Of a stretch of DNA of 64,000 nt, positions 38,995 through 51,950 are shown piece after piece. The position numbers were made by a program, and so were the translations under genes. The DNA comes from Octopus vulgaris (lineage: Eukaryota), in contig OX597825.1 in the NCBI GenBank assembly GCA_951406725.2, positions 22,816,001 to 22,880,000 on the forward strand, written 5' to 3'. Position 1 is the stretch's first letter. Each line of letters begins with the position of its first letter. The notes under the pieces were generated by a model that searched no databases, was not told the origin of the DNA, and saw only the letters and a list, made by a program, of their open reading frames with translations.

Positions 38995-39260
38995 TGGTCT
39001 TTTGTCGAACTGCTAAGTTACGAGAACGTAAACAACCCATGGCAGGTCGGAAATCGATGGAGGAAGACAAACACAGACACAAAGGCACACAAGCAGGCGT
39101 AAGTGCACATGCACACCCACGTACGCACACGACGCTCTTCTTTCAGTTTCTGTCTACCAAATCTACCGAGAAGGCTCTGTTCGGTTAGAGATGCCACTCA
39201 GTATAAGACAGAATTGTTGTTAGGAAGCAAACTTGCTACAACAGAATCATGTCTGCGTCT
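38995..39260 (-). mobile_element. SINE family B, degenerate
   Basis: GGTCTTTTGTCGAACTGCTAAGTTACG..GACAAACACAGAC..CTTCTTTCAGTTTC.GTCTACCAAAT. Confidence 0.65.
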
Positions 39261-39923
39261 TATAAATCTAATATCAAAACGTTAAAGTATCAATTTCTCA
39301 GAGAAAGAAAATGGAAGTTATTTAATGTGAGATATACATTTTATACCACTGTATTTCTGGATGTTACTAGATATTACTTTATCATGTAATACTTTTTCCT
39401 TTGTAGTAAGTTCCATTGTATTGTAAGACCTACGATATACTATATAACATGCCTGCCACAGCAATACACATTTGTAGTTATCTATTATTGATCATTAGTT
39501 AAACAAACAACGGAGAACAAAAGCAAACAGCGGAATAGTAGTCATACCATTTAAGCTAATACATCATAAAGCTTTCTTAATTGCTAGATCTAATGCTATT
39601 CTGGTAATTCTTAATCCACAGGAGCCTGCAGTATTTAATTGCTGTCCATATTCCTGCATTGTAATTTGGCGGATTTATATCACTATTGAGGGAAACAAAA
39701 AAAGACTGGAAAGTGCTTAACATCAGAGGTTACTTTTCTTCTAATAATTACATGTATTTTGGTATATTTTTGAGATATTCTTGTGTCTAATGGTGCGATG
39801 AGGATCTATGTCTAAACGAGAGAGTTTGTCAATAAAACAACGTATGAAGACTATAAAAATGAATGTTAAAAGAAAGGCGGGGGTGTGAAATAAAACAAGA
39901 ACCTACACAAAATATTGAAAACC

Positions 39924-39970
<47 letters not shown>

Positions 39971-39975
<5 letters not shown>

Positions 39976-40530
39976 TCCTGATGCAGTACCGGGCGGTGGC
40001 TCTCATGGCTTTTGATCATAATTGATTGGAAGTGTTATCATGTACATTGTTTTGTCTTGGTATAAGAGATGGGCTACAGCAAATATTCTGCTCAATACCA
40101 CAGATTTGCTTGTCAGTTGTTTGACCTTGGCCAGTTGACCATATCCTTTGGTGGCTGACAATGTGAGCATCTCTGATCACGAGCAGAAGTACTGGGGGAG
40201 CATCATAGCCGTGTGTTGAAAGGGATTCTTAGAGGTTTGGATGATTCACCTTTGGAAGCATGGGTGGTTTGTTCAACATCATTAAACAATCCTTATTCGG
40301 TGATCTTTTGAAACGGGATGGGCTGCTCGACCAGAAGAAAGTTCTAACTGGGCTCCACCTGCAGGGTCATGCGCTGCTTGTCTTGATATGAAACCACCAT
40401 GTTGGTCACATATGCTTGTGATGCATGTGCTTGGTGTACCCTTATCGGACGGGTGGTCATGATGGGTATGATGGGCTTCGCATATTTTACCCCAGTGTCA
40501 CTTTGATGGCATGCACTGCTTTCTCACTCA
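39971..40530. mobile_element. About 560-bp non-coding interspersed element bounded by (AAT)n on both sides
   Basis: GC-richer block with sharp (AAT)n boundaries; part of it is duplicated at 41817-41996. Confidence 0.55.
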
Positions 40531-40566
40531 ATAATAATAATAGTAATAATAATAATAATGATAATA

Positions 40567-40668
<102 letters not shown>

Positions 40669-41530
40669 TCAAGATCAATGCCTACCAACAAGAAACTACC
40701 AGGCCAACATATTAAAGATCAGAAGCAGTCCAACGTGTCGTGTATGCAAGCAACAAAATGAAACCATTGACCATGTGGTCTCCAAGTGCAGTCTCCTAGC
40801 GCCTACAGAGTATCTCAACAGGCATGATAGAGCTGCACAATATATTCACTGGGTAATCTGTAAAAACCTGGATTTGCCCCATGAAAAAAACTGGTGGGAA
40901 CACAAACCACCCCCAGTGCTTGAAAATGACCACATCTCACTCCTCTGGAACTTCGCCATTCAAACTGACAGAAAGATAGATGCAAATAGGACAGACATCA
41001 TATTGAAAGACTTCAAACAAAGAACATGCCTCCTCATTGATATGACTGTCCCAATCGATATAAACGTATCTGTCAAGACCTACCAAAAACTGAGCAAATA
41101 TAAAGATCTTGAAATAGAAATCAGCAAAATGTGGAAGCTGAAGACTAAAACAATACCTGTTGTCATAGGTGCCCTGGGAATGATAGCAAAAGGGGCAGAT
41201 AGCTACCTAACTCAGATACCAGGAAACCCCAAAATGGCAGAAATTCAAAAGATAGTGCTCATGGGAACTGCTCATATCCTACACAAAATACTTTCTATGT
41301 AATCTCAAGGTTTAAACATAATTTTCGGTTTAAAAAAAAAAAAAAAAAAATTTTTTTAGACATTCATTAGTACAACATAGACCCCCCACCCCCAAATATA
41401 TGGCACACTAGGCATAACAACAACATGAACTTCCAACCCTTTTGTCTCTTGAGGTCTCTGGGTGAGACTTGGAGACAACTTGTACAAATATAAAGCAAAA
41501 GTCAAACATATAATAATAATAATAATAATA
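40669..41530 (+). mobile_element. 5'-truncated R4/Dong-like non-LTR retrotransposon (CCHC plus RLE domain, 3' UTR) in an (AAT)n site
   Basis: ETIDHVVSKC..LAPTEYLNRHD..HW..WWEHKP..LLWNFAIQTDRKIDANRTDI..LLIDMTVP..KLSKYKDL..PVVIGALG..QK..LMGTAHIL; stop at 41302; flanked by (AAT)n on both sides as known for Dong. Confidence 0.88.
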
Positions 41531-41689
41531 CGAGGCTCAACCTTAGGAATGAGCAAGTTTTTCCGCTGTGCCGCATCTGCAATAGACTGGAGGAAACCAT
41601 TGCCCATATAAGGAACGATTGCTCTAGATTTGCCCCAAACCACAAATAGGCAGCGAATAGGCAACACGAATACGCAGCGAAAGTGCAGC

Positions 41690-42390
41690 ATTTGAAACTG
41701 TGCGAAAAGTGGGGAATAGCAAAAGGTAAGATGTGGCATGAGCACAAATCACAGAGTCGGAGACTAGCAAAATCCTCTGGGATTTCTCAATCCAAATGGA
41801 AATTAAGAGACCGGACGTTTGGATGATTCATCTTTGGAAGCAGGTGTGGTTTGTTCAACATCCTTAAACAATCCTTATTCGGTGACCTTTTGAACGGGAT
41901 GGGCTGCTCGACCAGAAGAAAATTCTAACTGGGCTCCACCTGCAGGGTCATGCGCTGCTTGTCTTAATATGAAACCACCATGTCGGGGACATATGCACCC
42001 TATATTTTATATAGTGGATGTTGTACGCCCCTTTAACCCACGAATAGTCAAGAAGGAAGGCGAAAAGTTAGATAAATACAACCCTCATATGTACGAAAGA
42101 GTCCGGCTGTGGAAAATGAAGAAGGTGAAGGTAGTGCCAATTATAGTTGGGTCCTTGGGAACAGTATCAGAAAGCATAAAGGAGAATATAAACGAAATTG
42201 GAGTAGAGTGCTCAGCAGAACTGTTGAAAAAGTTTTGCCTCCTTGGCCCGGCCAGAAGAATCAGGAAAGTATTAGATCGAAAGAAAGAGTGGATAGCATA
42301 GTACCGTAAGCTGCGGGCAACAAGTCCACTACGCATGTAAGACTCCGGAAGCTTTAAGAAAACCTGTAATAAAGAGAAATAATTATACTA
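41690..42390 (+). pseudogene. Second R4-like RLE remnant, interrupted by a 180-bp insertion
   Basis: WHEHK..KILWDFSIQ..KRPDV [insert 41817-41996] YIVDV..PF..RIVKKE.EKLDKY..RLWKMKKVKVVPIIVGSLG..LLG.ARRIRKVL. Confidence 0.8.
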
Positions 42391-42699
42391 ACGATTTCTT
42401 TTATTGGACCAAGGCATGGAGGACAATATTGAAGGACGAGTTACAGCGCAAAAAAACATGTGGGGTTAACATCATTCAAGTGTAGATATTACCACATTAC
42501 AGGATATAACAGAGGATATATAATATAAAGTAGAAAATTAAATAAACAGATGAATAAATAGAATGCCCAATAGTCGCCCACTCCATTTACGGTAATCCGG
42601 GGTAATCCGGTCGACCACCTTTTTATAAGCACACTAGAAAACAGAATCTCTCTCTCTTCAAATGATATATGAAGAAATTGATGAGGATAGGAATGTGCC

Positions 42700-43190
42700 A
42701 GATAGGAATGTGCCATTCTTCAAAGCTGTCAGACGAGTCCATCACACAGCCTCTTTTGTCACAACCACTATGTAGTGAAAGACCTGCCTTCCTTCTCTGC
42801 TAAGGAAAGTGCTGCGTCGATCTTTATTATACACTCAGCAGCAACACCTGCTCCGCTCAATCCCACTACTCTCTAATGCACGGACATTAAATTATTGCAT
42901 GCAGGATGGTTTTGTCCCCCTGCAAGCAACTCGGGCAGGTTCGGCTGTTGGCAATTCCACGCCTTAAGAACTTGACTCGAACGGGCACTGTCCTACTGTA
43001 GCACTGCCAAGCCAAAGATTTTTGGAAATTGTCCATGATCATCGACCCGAAGATCTTCAGGAAGAGACTACTCAGACTGTTCTCGTCGGTGCCTAGATTC
43101 AATCCTAGGCTATCGTCACGCATGCCCTCAATAATGATTTCAAACGATGGCACCAAGCCAGCAATTTCGGATATAAGCCAATTATATCGG
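42700..43190 (-). pseudogene. L1/Tx1-like LINE ORF2 C-terminal remnant
   Basis: FQKSLAWQCY...PVR.K..RRG...TCPSC....TILHAII*CP, a CCHC zinc knuckle typical of L1/Tx1 ORF2. Confidence 0.7.
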
Positions 43191-43261
43191 CTCCAATGTT
43201 CAACTGCAACTTATTTTACCGATCCCGAGGCAACAACAATAACAACAATAATAAAAATAAT

Positions 43262-43482
43262 AATAGATATTATTGTGAAAGACCAAAACAATATAGTCTG
43301 TTTGTTGAGTGACATAAGCATACCATGTGACCATAATATCGCGACAAAAGAGTTTTATAAAGATTTGCTAATCGAAATCTAAAAGGTGTGGCATCTCAAT
43401 ACGGTTGCAATACCAGTGATTGTAGGATCAATTGGAATTATCAAAAAAGGAACTGAAAATTATTTGAAGATGCTCCCAGATG
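43262..43482 (+). pseudogene. Third R4-like RLE remnant
   Basis: IDIIVKD..CLLSDISIPCDHNI..KE..KDLLIEI*KVWHLNTVAIPVIVGSIG.IKKG; preceded by (AAC/AAT)n. Confidence 0.75.
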
Positions 43483-43489
43483 ACCACCA

Positions 43490-43710
43490 GTTCTGTCTGT
43501 GGGTGTGTTTGTTTGCGGAGTTGTTAGTTAAATTTTCCTACATTGTTTTCTCTATTTTGATGAAACTTGAAACGTGAGTAGAACTGATGTTTGGAAACCT
43601 CATGGCACACTCAGATTGTTGAATAAAATCGATAATAGGGCTCTTGGAAGGGATCCTTATATATAACTAATATATTTTATTTTAACAGCCAAGGAAAATA
43701 ACCCATTGAT
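43490..43710 (-). mobile_element. Helentron/DINE-like terminal sequence adjacent to the Helitron ORF remnant
   Basis: Reverse complement of the 9718-10240 element (TTTTGATGAAACTT..ACGTGAGTAGAAC..ATGTTTGGAAACCTC..CCAAGGAAAATAACC). Confidence 0.6.
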
Positions 43711-43879
43711 TTTCCTATATTATTTGGTATAAATCAAATTTGTAAGCTTATTTTTTACTATTTGAACTGTTAGAGTTATTTTCGTAATTTATCAAGTACA
43801 ATCCTTAAACAAGTAAATAGCATTTTCCTTAATAATAGATCCATTTATTTCGGTTAGTGACTTATTCACAAATATGCCA

Positions 43880-46030
43880 TGAATGACGATGCCTTTCATG
43901 TCATTTCAGGCAATTGACAAGCGCTGCATGAAGAACTGTTTTGCTTTTAGACAAATGGACTGTCAACACAAATGTCACACCCTATTTACATATAGGAACA
44001 CCTTTTAAAATCTACATGTTTACATCCTGAAATGACCGGCGTGTATATTCCCCAGACGCAAATGCTCGAAACATAGTTCTGAATCCATGAAAAACCATTT
44101 TTGACAGCTTTCTTCAAATTATGCCAGTGTAATCTGTTTGCCTGAACAATGTTGTATGTAGAGGTATCCGTGTACTATACCTGGGTACACAATAGATGGG
44201 GCAGATACAAGCAAGGAAGAGGCATTGAAGGATGGGAAGAAGATGCTGTCTTTAAGAGTGGAGCCATCGGGCGGGTTTACACTGTGTACCTTAATCAGCA
44301 GGAGTGTTCCGTTCTGCATCTACTGCTACACACTTTCAGAGGTCGTACATCATACACTGACAAAATGAAAAGTCTGCATGACTTATATAGTCTGCATGGC
44401 CTATAGCCAAACAATGACAACTCGAGGACGATGTTCACTGGGTCCAGGCACTTGTTCCAGGCAGCTATTTTCTATCATGTTGATGACATGTGGCTTGCAT
44501 GAACCTCACAAGCTTTGAGCGATCCACAAAACCAGCATAGCAGAGGATAGCTAGAAAGTATTCAAATGTAAACCTCGGCGGAAATTGCCACGTTCAATAA
44601 CGCCATTTACAATGAGGCATTACTTGCTCTGGGCACTTGAGTGCAAGCTATGGGAGGTCAAGGCAATTCCACATTTGGTCTGCCTCAACCGGAGCAGGCA
44701 GCAAACACTCTTGCAACTGAGTACCTGCGAGAAATCAGCTATGACATCGAGGAAATGTTCGGCGTATATAGCTAATAAAGAACACAAACGGATAGGGGAT
44801 CAGCTGGGTGTTTATAACACCATTAATTCCAGAATTGAAAATGAAAGAGGAGGCCTTTTTCTTCATGGATGCTCCAGGTGAAACTGGCAAAACATTTGTC
44901 ATCAACGTTCTTCTGGCTAAACTGCACCAAATGAAGTACATTGCCATAGTAGTGGCGTCATGTGAAATTGGTGCGACTCTGCTAAGTTGTGGACGCAGAG
45001 CTCATTCCTGTCTCAAACTCCCTTTGGACCTGTCCAAGGAAGAGAAGACAAACTGCAACATCAGTCGTGGTTCTATAAATGCAAATTTCTAGGTGAATGC
45101 AGGTTGATCATCTGGAATGAAGCGACAATGAGCCATAGGGTTTCTTTTGAAGCTCTTGACATGTCCCTTCGGGATCTAAAATACAAAACCAGGCTCATGG
45201 AAGGTGCCACTGTGTTGCTTGTTGGAGAATTTAGATAAACCTTTCCAGTGGTTCCAAAGGGGACAAGAACTGATGAAGGAAATGCCAGTATAAAGTTGTC
45301 CTACCTAATGGCATTTCGGTTGGCAAGACGTATAGCCGGGTAAGCTTGCTTTTGGACACATGGTATCTGATTGAAAGGAACTAATGAACAAGGTGTTTCC
45401 TAACCTGAGTTACCAGTTTACATACCACGACTGGCTGAAAACCCGTGCCATTTTAGCTCCAAAGAATGTAGGTGATGATTTGAACTTTAAACTTCTGGAA
45501 GACTTGCCAGGTGAGCGTCACATCTATAATTCCATTGGATCTCTTCTCAACATCAATGAAACTGTGAATTATCCAGTTGAATTCTTGAATAGTCTAACAC
45601 TATTTGGCCTCCCACCTCACAACTTGCACCTCAAGATTGGGGCACCAGCTATGCTGCTTCAAAACGTCGATTCACCAAAGCTTTGCAATGACACACGACT
45701 TATAATAAAGAAGATGATATGAACAATCTTGGAGACAACAATTTTGACTTGGAAAAGCAAGTGGTGAGGCTGTATTCATTCCTAGAATTCCACTTATTCG
45801 CTTGGATGTGTCTTGCCAGTACATGCGCCCGTAATTCCCGTTGAAACTGAGCTTTGCATTGAGAATTTACAAGGCATCGGGTCAGTCCTTGAACACGGTA
45901 TCTGAACCTTGCGGAATCAGTGTTATTCCATGGCTAACATTATGTGGGACGTTAAAGGGTCAGCAATCCTAATCATTTGTTTATTTATACCCGACAAGGA
46001 TGTTATTTATCAAGAAGCTCTGCAAATTTA
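43880..46030 (+). pseudogene. Helitron Rep/Hel (Pif1-family SF1B helicase) remnant
   Basis: IGRVYTV...QEC..L.LLLH..RG.TS; Walker A DAPGETGKT; VASC.I.ATLL..GR.AHS; LIIWNEA.M; VLLVGEFR*; RAILAPKN; YPVEFLNSL..GLPPHNL.LK.GAP.MLL.N....LCN.TRL; FIPRIPL; PLKLSFA..I.KASGQSL. Many stops and frameshifts. Confidence 0.93.
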
Positions 46031-47379
46031 ATAAGATTCTCCAAATCATCAGGTATTTATTTTTCAACTGTAATATTTCTAAGTGTTGTAAATGTATTGA
46101 TAATCTACACGCTATTTTATTGTTAAATCTATATACAAATATATTTGTATGTCTACTGTAACGCTAAATGTTAGTCTGTTTCTACATTCATTGCAAATCT
46201 AGTTCAACACTAGCGCCCTTGAAGGTAATATTCTCTGGGAACGCACAAAAGCCCTTTATGAGAGTTAATTACTTTGAATTGCTATTATCTCATACTAGAT
46301 TAGCCTTTTATTACGTAACATGCTTCACGATTTTGGTATACATACCTTATTGGTATTTCCTCCTAAGTTCTATATACTCTGGTAACGCATTAAATCCGTT
46401 CTCGGGACTACTTTATTGGAATTCTTACTATCGGGTAACTAGTTTCATGTTATTACATAACTGACTTCACAATTTGGGTATTCATAACATATTGGGTATT
46501 CCTAAAAACAAGATCCTGCGTCATCCCTTAATATGGAAAGAATATCAGAAAAAAATATCCTGGAGCTCTAAATCGTTTTCCTACAAGTACTTGATAACAC
46601 AACGATGCTAATCATAGTCGATTTTCAAGGGAACACGCTACTGGTTATTTTGAAGCCTTCCTGGAAAAAGCAGGTGTCCGTTTACCTGGAAAGAAGCAAT
46701 GGAATAATTAATAAGGAAGGTTGAAATGAACGCATACAGATTTCACAGCTCTAGCACCACTCCTTGAGAGTCAGTCCATGAAGCTTTCAGCGTACTCTCG
46801 TAAAAAGCACTCCTGTGGATCTGCTGCAGGCGTACAAGTGGAGGATTTAAGAAATATATTAACAGCCCAGACTACAGCGACTATGGATTCCTTTGAATTC
46901 AATGTCGTATATTGTATGAAAGTACTAATGAGTAATATTGATTTGCTGTTAAATGTGTTATGGTAGCTTCAATGAATTTATTTGGCAACCACGGTTCTTA
47001 AGAAATCAAGGTGAATAACAAGAAGAAAATAATAAACGTGTATTCTAAAGCAACAATTTCAAAACAACTAATTAAATAGTGTTTATATATGGATGTGGAA
47101 TAATTGTGCTCAATATTGGATATATTTTCTAAGTGTTGAGTATTTGGTGTGTGTGTGTCTCTGTGTGTGTGTATGTACGTATGTACGTATGTGCGTGCGC
47201 TCTTTCATGAATAAACACTAATTGGCATAATAATGCAAAAAGGATGACAGAATAAAAATCCCCTTAGGGTTTTATGGTGCAAAAAAAAAATAAGGATTAA
47301 ATACATGAAAAATGGAAAATAGATTGAAAAATTGGAAACCCACATACACAAATGTTCATATATATATAATAAATCTATT

Positions 47380-47479
47380 CTATGCGTGTATATATGAATG
47401 TGTGTATGCGTGTGTGTGTGTGTGTGTGTGTATGCGTATGTATGTAGATAGACAGACATATAGATATAGATAGATAGGC

Positions 47480-47510
<31 letters not shown>

Positions 47511-47522
47511 CACAGATATTTG

Positions 47523-47578
<56 letters not shown>

Positions 47579-48596
47579 CATATATATACATATACAGATA
47601 GATACATACATACATACACACATACATAAATAGATAGATAGATAGACAATAGATCGATACATAGATATACATATATATGTGTGTGTGTGTGTGTATAGAT
47701 ATATAGATATAAATATATATATATATTTATATATATATATATGCACATATATATATATGTACATACATATATATATATATATACATGTATATATATACAT
47801 ACACACATATATATATATATATACATACACACATATACAAATATGTGTGTGTGTATGTGTATACATGCATGCAATTGCATTTGAGTGTGCTTGTTTGTAC
47901 ACTTGAAATTATGTCCGCATGTATGGTTGTGTACATGCATTTAATGAAACTAACGCTTCATTTTGTTAATTAGTTGCAATATTTAACTAGAAACCCATTA
48001 ATTAATATTCTGCAGTAATAACATGGTTTGCAGTTAATAATTTTCTCCAGAACCATTACTGTATATTTTAAATTTATATGGCGTAAGGATATGAAATTGT
48101 TGTTCATATCTTTACGCTATTTTCAAAGAGGTTATGCAGTACCATCCATCATATCCCCCCTGTTATCAATCATACGATGCGTGATTTTGTCACTTACATA
48201 TTCTAATATGAAGTGACAAATGAAATTTACATCAACAAGTGTGTAAAATCGGTTATGTTAGGTGTAGCCACCACAACTCTATTTGATTTACTAATAGAGA
48301 ATTGCGTGTGAACACACGTTTGAGTTGTTTGCCTTCCAACTACAATAAATGTTCACACATACATACACTAAAATATACATACATATACATATGTATATAC
48401 ACACGTACATACGCGCACACGGACACGGACACATATCTATTATTTATTATTATTATTTATTATTCATTATTTATTACATGAGTATGCGTTTGTATGCATG
48501 TATGTATTTATGTATATAAGGAGGCGCGTGAGTGTGTGTATGTGTATGTATTTGTATAAACATATGTATACATTTATGCATGTATGTGCTTGTTTG

Positions 48597-48629
<33 letters not shown>

Positions 48630-48635
48630 GTACAC

Positions 48636-48667
<32 letters not shown>

Positions 48668-48782
48668 GTGTATATGTATGTGTATGTATATATATATATA
48701 TGTGTGTAAAAAATGTGTGTGTAAATGTATATATATATGTGTGTGTATGTGTGTGTATATGTGTATATATGTATATGTATAT

Positions 48783-48830
<48 letters not shown>

Positions 48831-48970
48831 GCTTGTGTGTTTATGTATATGTAGGTATGTAGAGTTATGTGTGTATATATGTATGTATATATACATATGT
48901 GTAAATAGGTATATATGGGTATGTTTATATGTATGTATCCGTCTGTATAATGGGTAACTGCACGTATATA

Positions 48971-49005
<35 letters not shown>

Positions 49006-49184
49006 TGAGTATGCATGTATGTATATATGTATTTGCCTGTATGCATGTATGTATTTATGAACATAAGGAGGCGCGTGTGTGTGTGTGGATGTGTATGCAT
49101 ATGTATAGACATATGTATACATTTATGCATGTATGTACTTATGTGTATATATAGATGCGCGTGTGTGTGTGTGTATGTGTACGC

Positions 49185-49226
<42 letters not shown>

Positions 49227-49229
49227 ATT

Positions 49230-49264
<35 letters not shown>

Positions 49265-49915
49265 ATGTGTATATATGTATGAATGTATATGTGTATGTAT
49301 ATGTATATATATGTATATATATATGTATATGTGTATGTATATGTATGTATGTGTATGTGTATATGTATATGTGTATATATATTAATTAGTGTATATGTAT
49401 GGACTAGTCTTCTGTGGGTGTATTGAGGTATGTATGTGTATGCGTGTGCGTATGAGTATGTGTGTACGTGTGAGTGTGTGGGCGTGAGTGAGTGCTTGCG
49501 TCCGTATCAGTGAGTAGATAGATAAACGGAATCTTTAGATCATCCCTTGAGACCGGCTGACCGGTCAAGATAAAAATAAAGATAAAAACAAAAGTAGTAG
49601 TAATAATAAAATTAAAATAAGAGAATAAAAATGTGTGTGTATGTGTGTGCATGTATATGCATGTGTATATATATGTGTGTATGTATATATATGTGCGAGT
49701 GTGTATACATATATGTATATATATGTATGTATATGTGTATTTGTGTGTACGTACATGGGTACGTGTATATATATGTATATGTATGTATATGTATATGTAT
49801 GTGTATGTATGTATATATATATGTATGTATATGTGGGTATGTATGTATATGTATAGATATATGTGAATATGTGGGTGTAGATATGTGTATATATATATAT
49901 ATATGTAGATGTACA
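47380..49915. repeat. Large compound (TA)/(TG)/(GATA)/(TATG) microsatellite field
   Basis: Directly visible, with short unique spacers. Confidence 0.9.
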
Positions 49916-49919
49916 AGTG

Positions 49920-50257
49920 AGAGTCTCCTAACTTACCTAAAACTCTATTTTTCTATTTATTTTTTTATTCTTTGTTTATTCTTTTATCTACTTTACCACC
50001 GATTCCTTTGACCACTCCCCTAATAATGACAGTTTTGCGCCATGCCTACCCCAAAAAAAGTCCCCCACCACCACTCATTTAAACCTGCCTAAATGTATAA
50101 ATGCCAAAACAACTCTTGTCTACTAGCTTCCTGATGATTTCTTTTGAATGAAACAGTTCTAGTCCTGTAGAAGCTCCTTCTATATAATAAATTAATTTAC
50201 TCTGCTATGTATTGAGTACCTTATTTACTGTGGTTAACCCCGACTCAACCCGGGACC

Positions 50258-50260
<3 letters not shown>
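49920..50260 (+). mobile_element. Short HHR-bearing element ending at (TA)n (family H4)
   Basis: Unique block between microsatellites containing the HHR at 50125-50175, followed by AATAAA and a GGTTAACCCCG..CCCGGGACC terminus. Confidence 0.6.
50125..50175 (+). ncRNA. Type I hammerhead ribozyme, monomer-competent fold
   Basis: AGCTTC-CTGATGA-T-TTC(TTTT)GAA-T-GAAA-CAG(TTCTAGTC)CTG-TA|GAAGCT: 6-bp stem I, full core, 4-bp stem III with 8-nt loop, GUA site; stem II is short and starts with a U.U mismatch. Confidence 0.75.
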
Positions 50261-50327
<67 letters not shown>

Positions 50328-50508
50328 TATATATATATATACATATTCATTAGATAATAAATCGTATGGTATACACCTTGTAGCTTACAGTTAAAGCACG
50401 TTCACATTTACGGGGTTCGTTCGGTAACTGAATGAAAAGAGAGACGAAGTTTGGAAGATACGAGAATGTTTATTGATCACTACAATTGTTTCGAGCCATT
50501 ATACATTA

Positions 50509-50547
<39 letters not shown>

Positions 50548-50795
50548 GCTGTTGCGTCTGAGGAAAGTCAAAATTTTCGTTGCGTCTTGCAACATTTTCA
50601 ATAGTCTTGACTATTCAAAACGTTGTCCGACGCAACGAAAATTTTGGGAAAATAAAAATAAGAAATAATTGGAAATGTTATGGGTTTGTGTGTTAAATTA
50701 TAAGGCACAAAAAGAAAATGACTGTCCCCAGACACAACAGAATATGCTTCAACACACGAACTCACATAAAGAATCTTGCAAACCAAATCCATAAA
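50548..50795 (-). mobile_element. Short element between (TA)n tracts with internal hairpin; homologue of 8460-8668
   Basis: Hairpin AAAATTTTCGTTGCGTC..CAAC.TTTT.AATAG-TCTTGA-CTATT.AAAA.GTTG..GACGCAACGAAAATTTT at about 50570-50645. Confidence 0.7.
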
Positions 50796-50814
50796 CGATA
50801 TATATATATATATA

Positions 50815-50866
<52 letters not shown>

Positions 50867-50931
50867 GTACGTATGTATGTATATCTATGTATCTTTGTAT
50901 CTATCTATCTATATATCTATCAATCTATCTA

Positions 50932-50979
<48 letters not shown>

Positions 50980-51950
50980 TACACACATATATGTATATAC
51001 ACACACACATATATACATCATACATACATACAAATGTATAAGAAGGAGATACGTGCTGAAAACTTCCTAGCTTTAAGGATATCGCAAAAGATCTGTTTGG
51101 GCCTATATTCCAAATTCTTTTACCGGGTTAAGAGAAACTGAAGGACCGCTGCAATAAGTGTTTCAATTTGAGAAGGGAATATGTTGAATGATATCGTATT
51201 TTGCTGATCCGCCTGTATTAGGCTTCAACATACTTTTCATTTACCAAATTCACTCACAAGGTGTAGGTCCACCAGATGCACTAGTAAAAAATACTAACCA
51301 AAGGAGCCAATTGTGTACGTCTCTGTGTGTATGCATGTGTGCGCCCGTGTGAGCATTTGTGTATGTGCGTGTTCTGCGTGCGTGTGTGTGTGTGTGCGTG
51401 TATGTGTGCTTGTGTCTCAGTTTGTGGCCCACCGCCACTTGACAACCGTTGTCGGAGTTTTTAAGGCACAGCCTTTGAATCGGTTCGGCGAATTGGGCCC
51501 ATAGAATAAGAACCAGGCTTCTAAAATTAAAATAAAAATAAAAATTACAAAGAAGCAACTTGATAGATATTTTGAAACAGCTGTAACTTGTTTGAGAAGG
51601 CCAATTTACCATTATGAAACGCATATGTTTTGTTTTTTAGAGTAATTAGCCAATTAGGAACTAGTTAATGAAGTAACTAATTAACTGGTTAATTATTTGT
51701 ACAATCGATTTAATCGATCACCTGGTTTAGTTTTTCCGTTGCTATTCACAAATTCATCCAGAACACGCACTCGTCACTCCTTGCCTGTCCTTTTGTTTCC
51801 AAAGTTGAAGTAGATCATTTTAAAATTCTTTTCCCCTTTATGTATGCGTGTGTAAGTGCGTGTGTGCGCATCATTGTTTGCCAATACGTATAGGAGGGCA
51901 CGTGTGTGAGGAACGTATGAACGGTTGTTTTATGCTTCTTAAGCTTATTA

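Noticed and set aside
39971-40530. HDV-like or hammerhead ribozyme within the (AAT)n-bounded element
   Set aside because: I could not assemble a convincing fold by eye; it needs a covariance-model search.
44149-45722. Functional PIF1 helicase gene
   Set aside because: Multiple stops and frameshifts, degenerate motifs and Helitron-specific upstream sequence indicate a transposon fossil.
46168-46966. Unique-looking ORFs downstream of the Helitron
   Set aside because: No recognisable motifs; candidate exon frames on both strands are short or contain stops.
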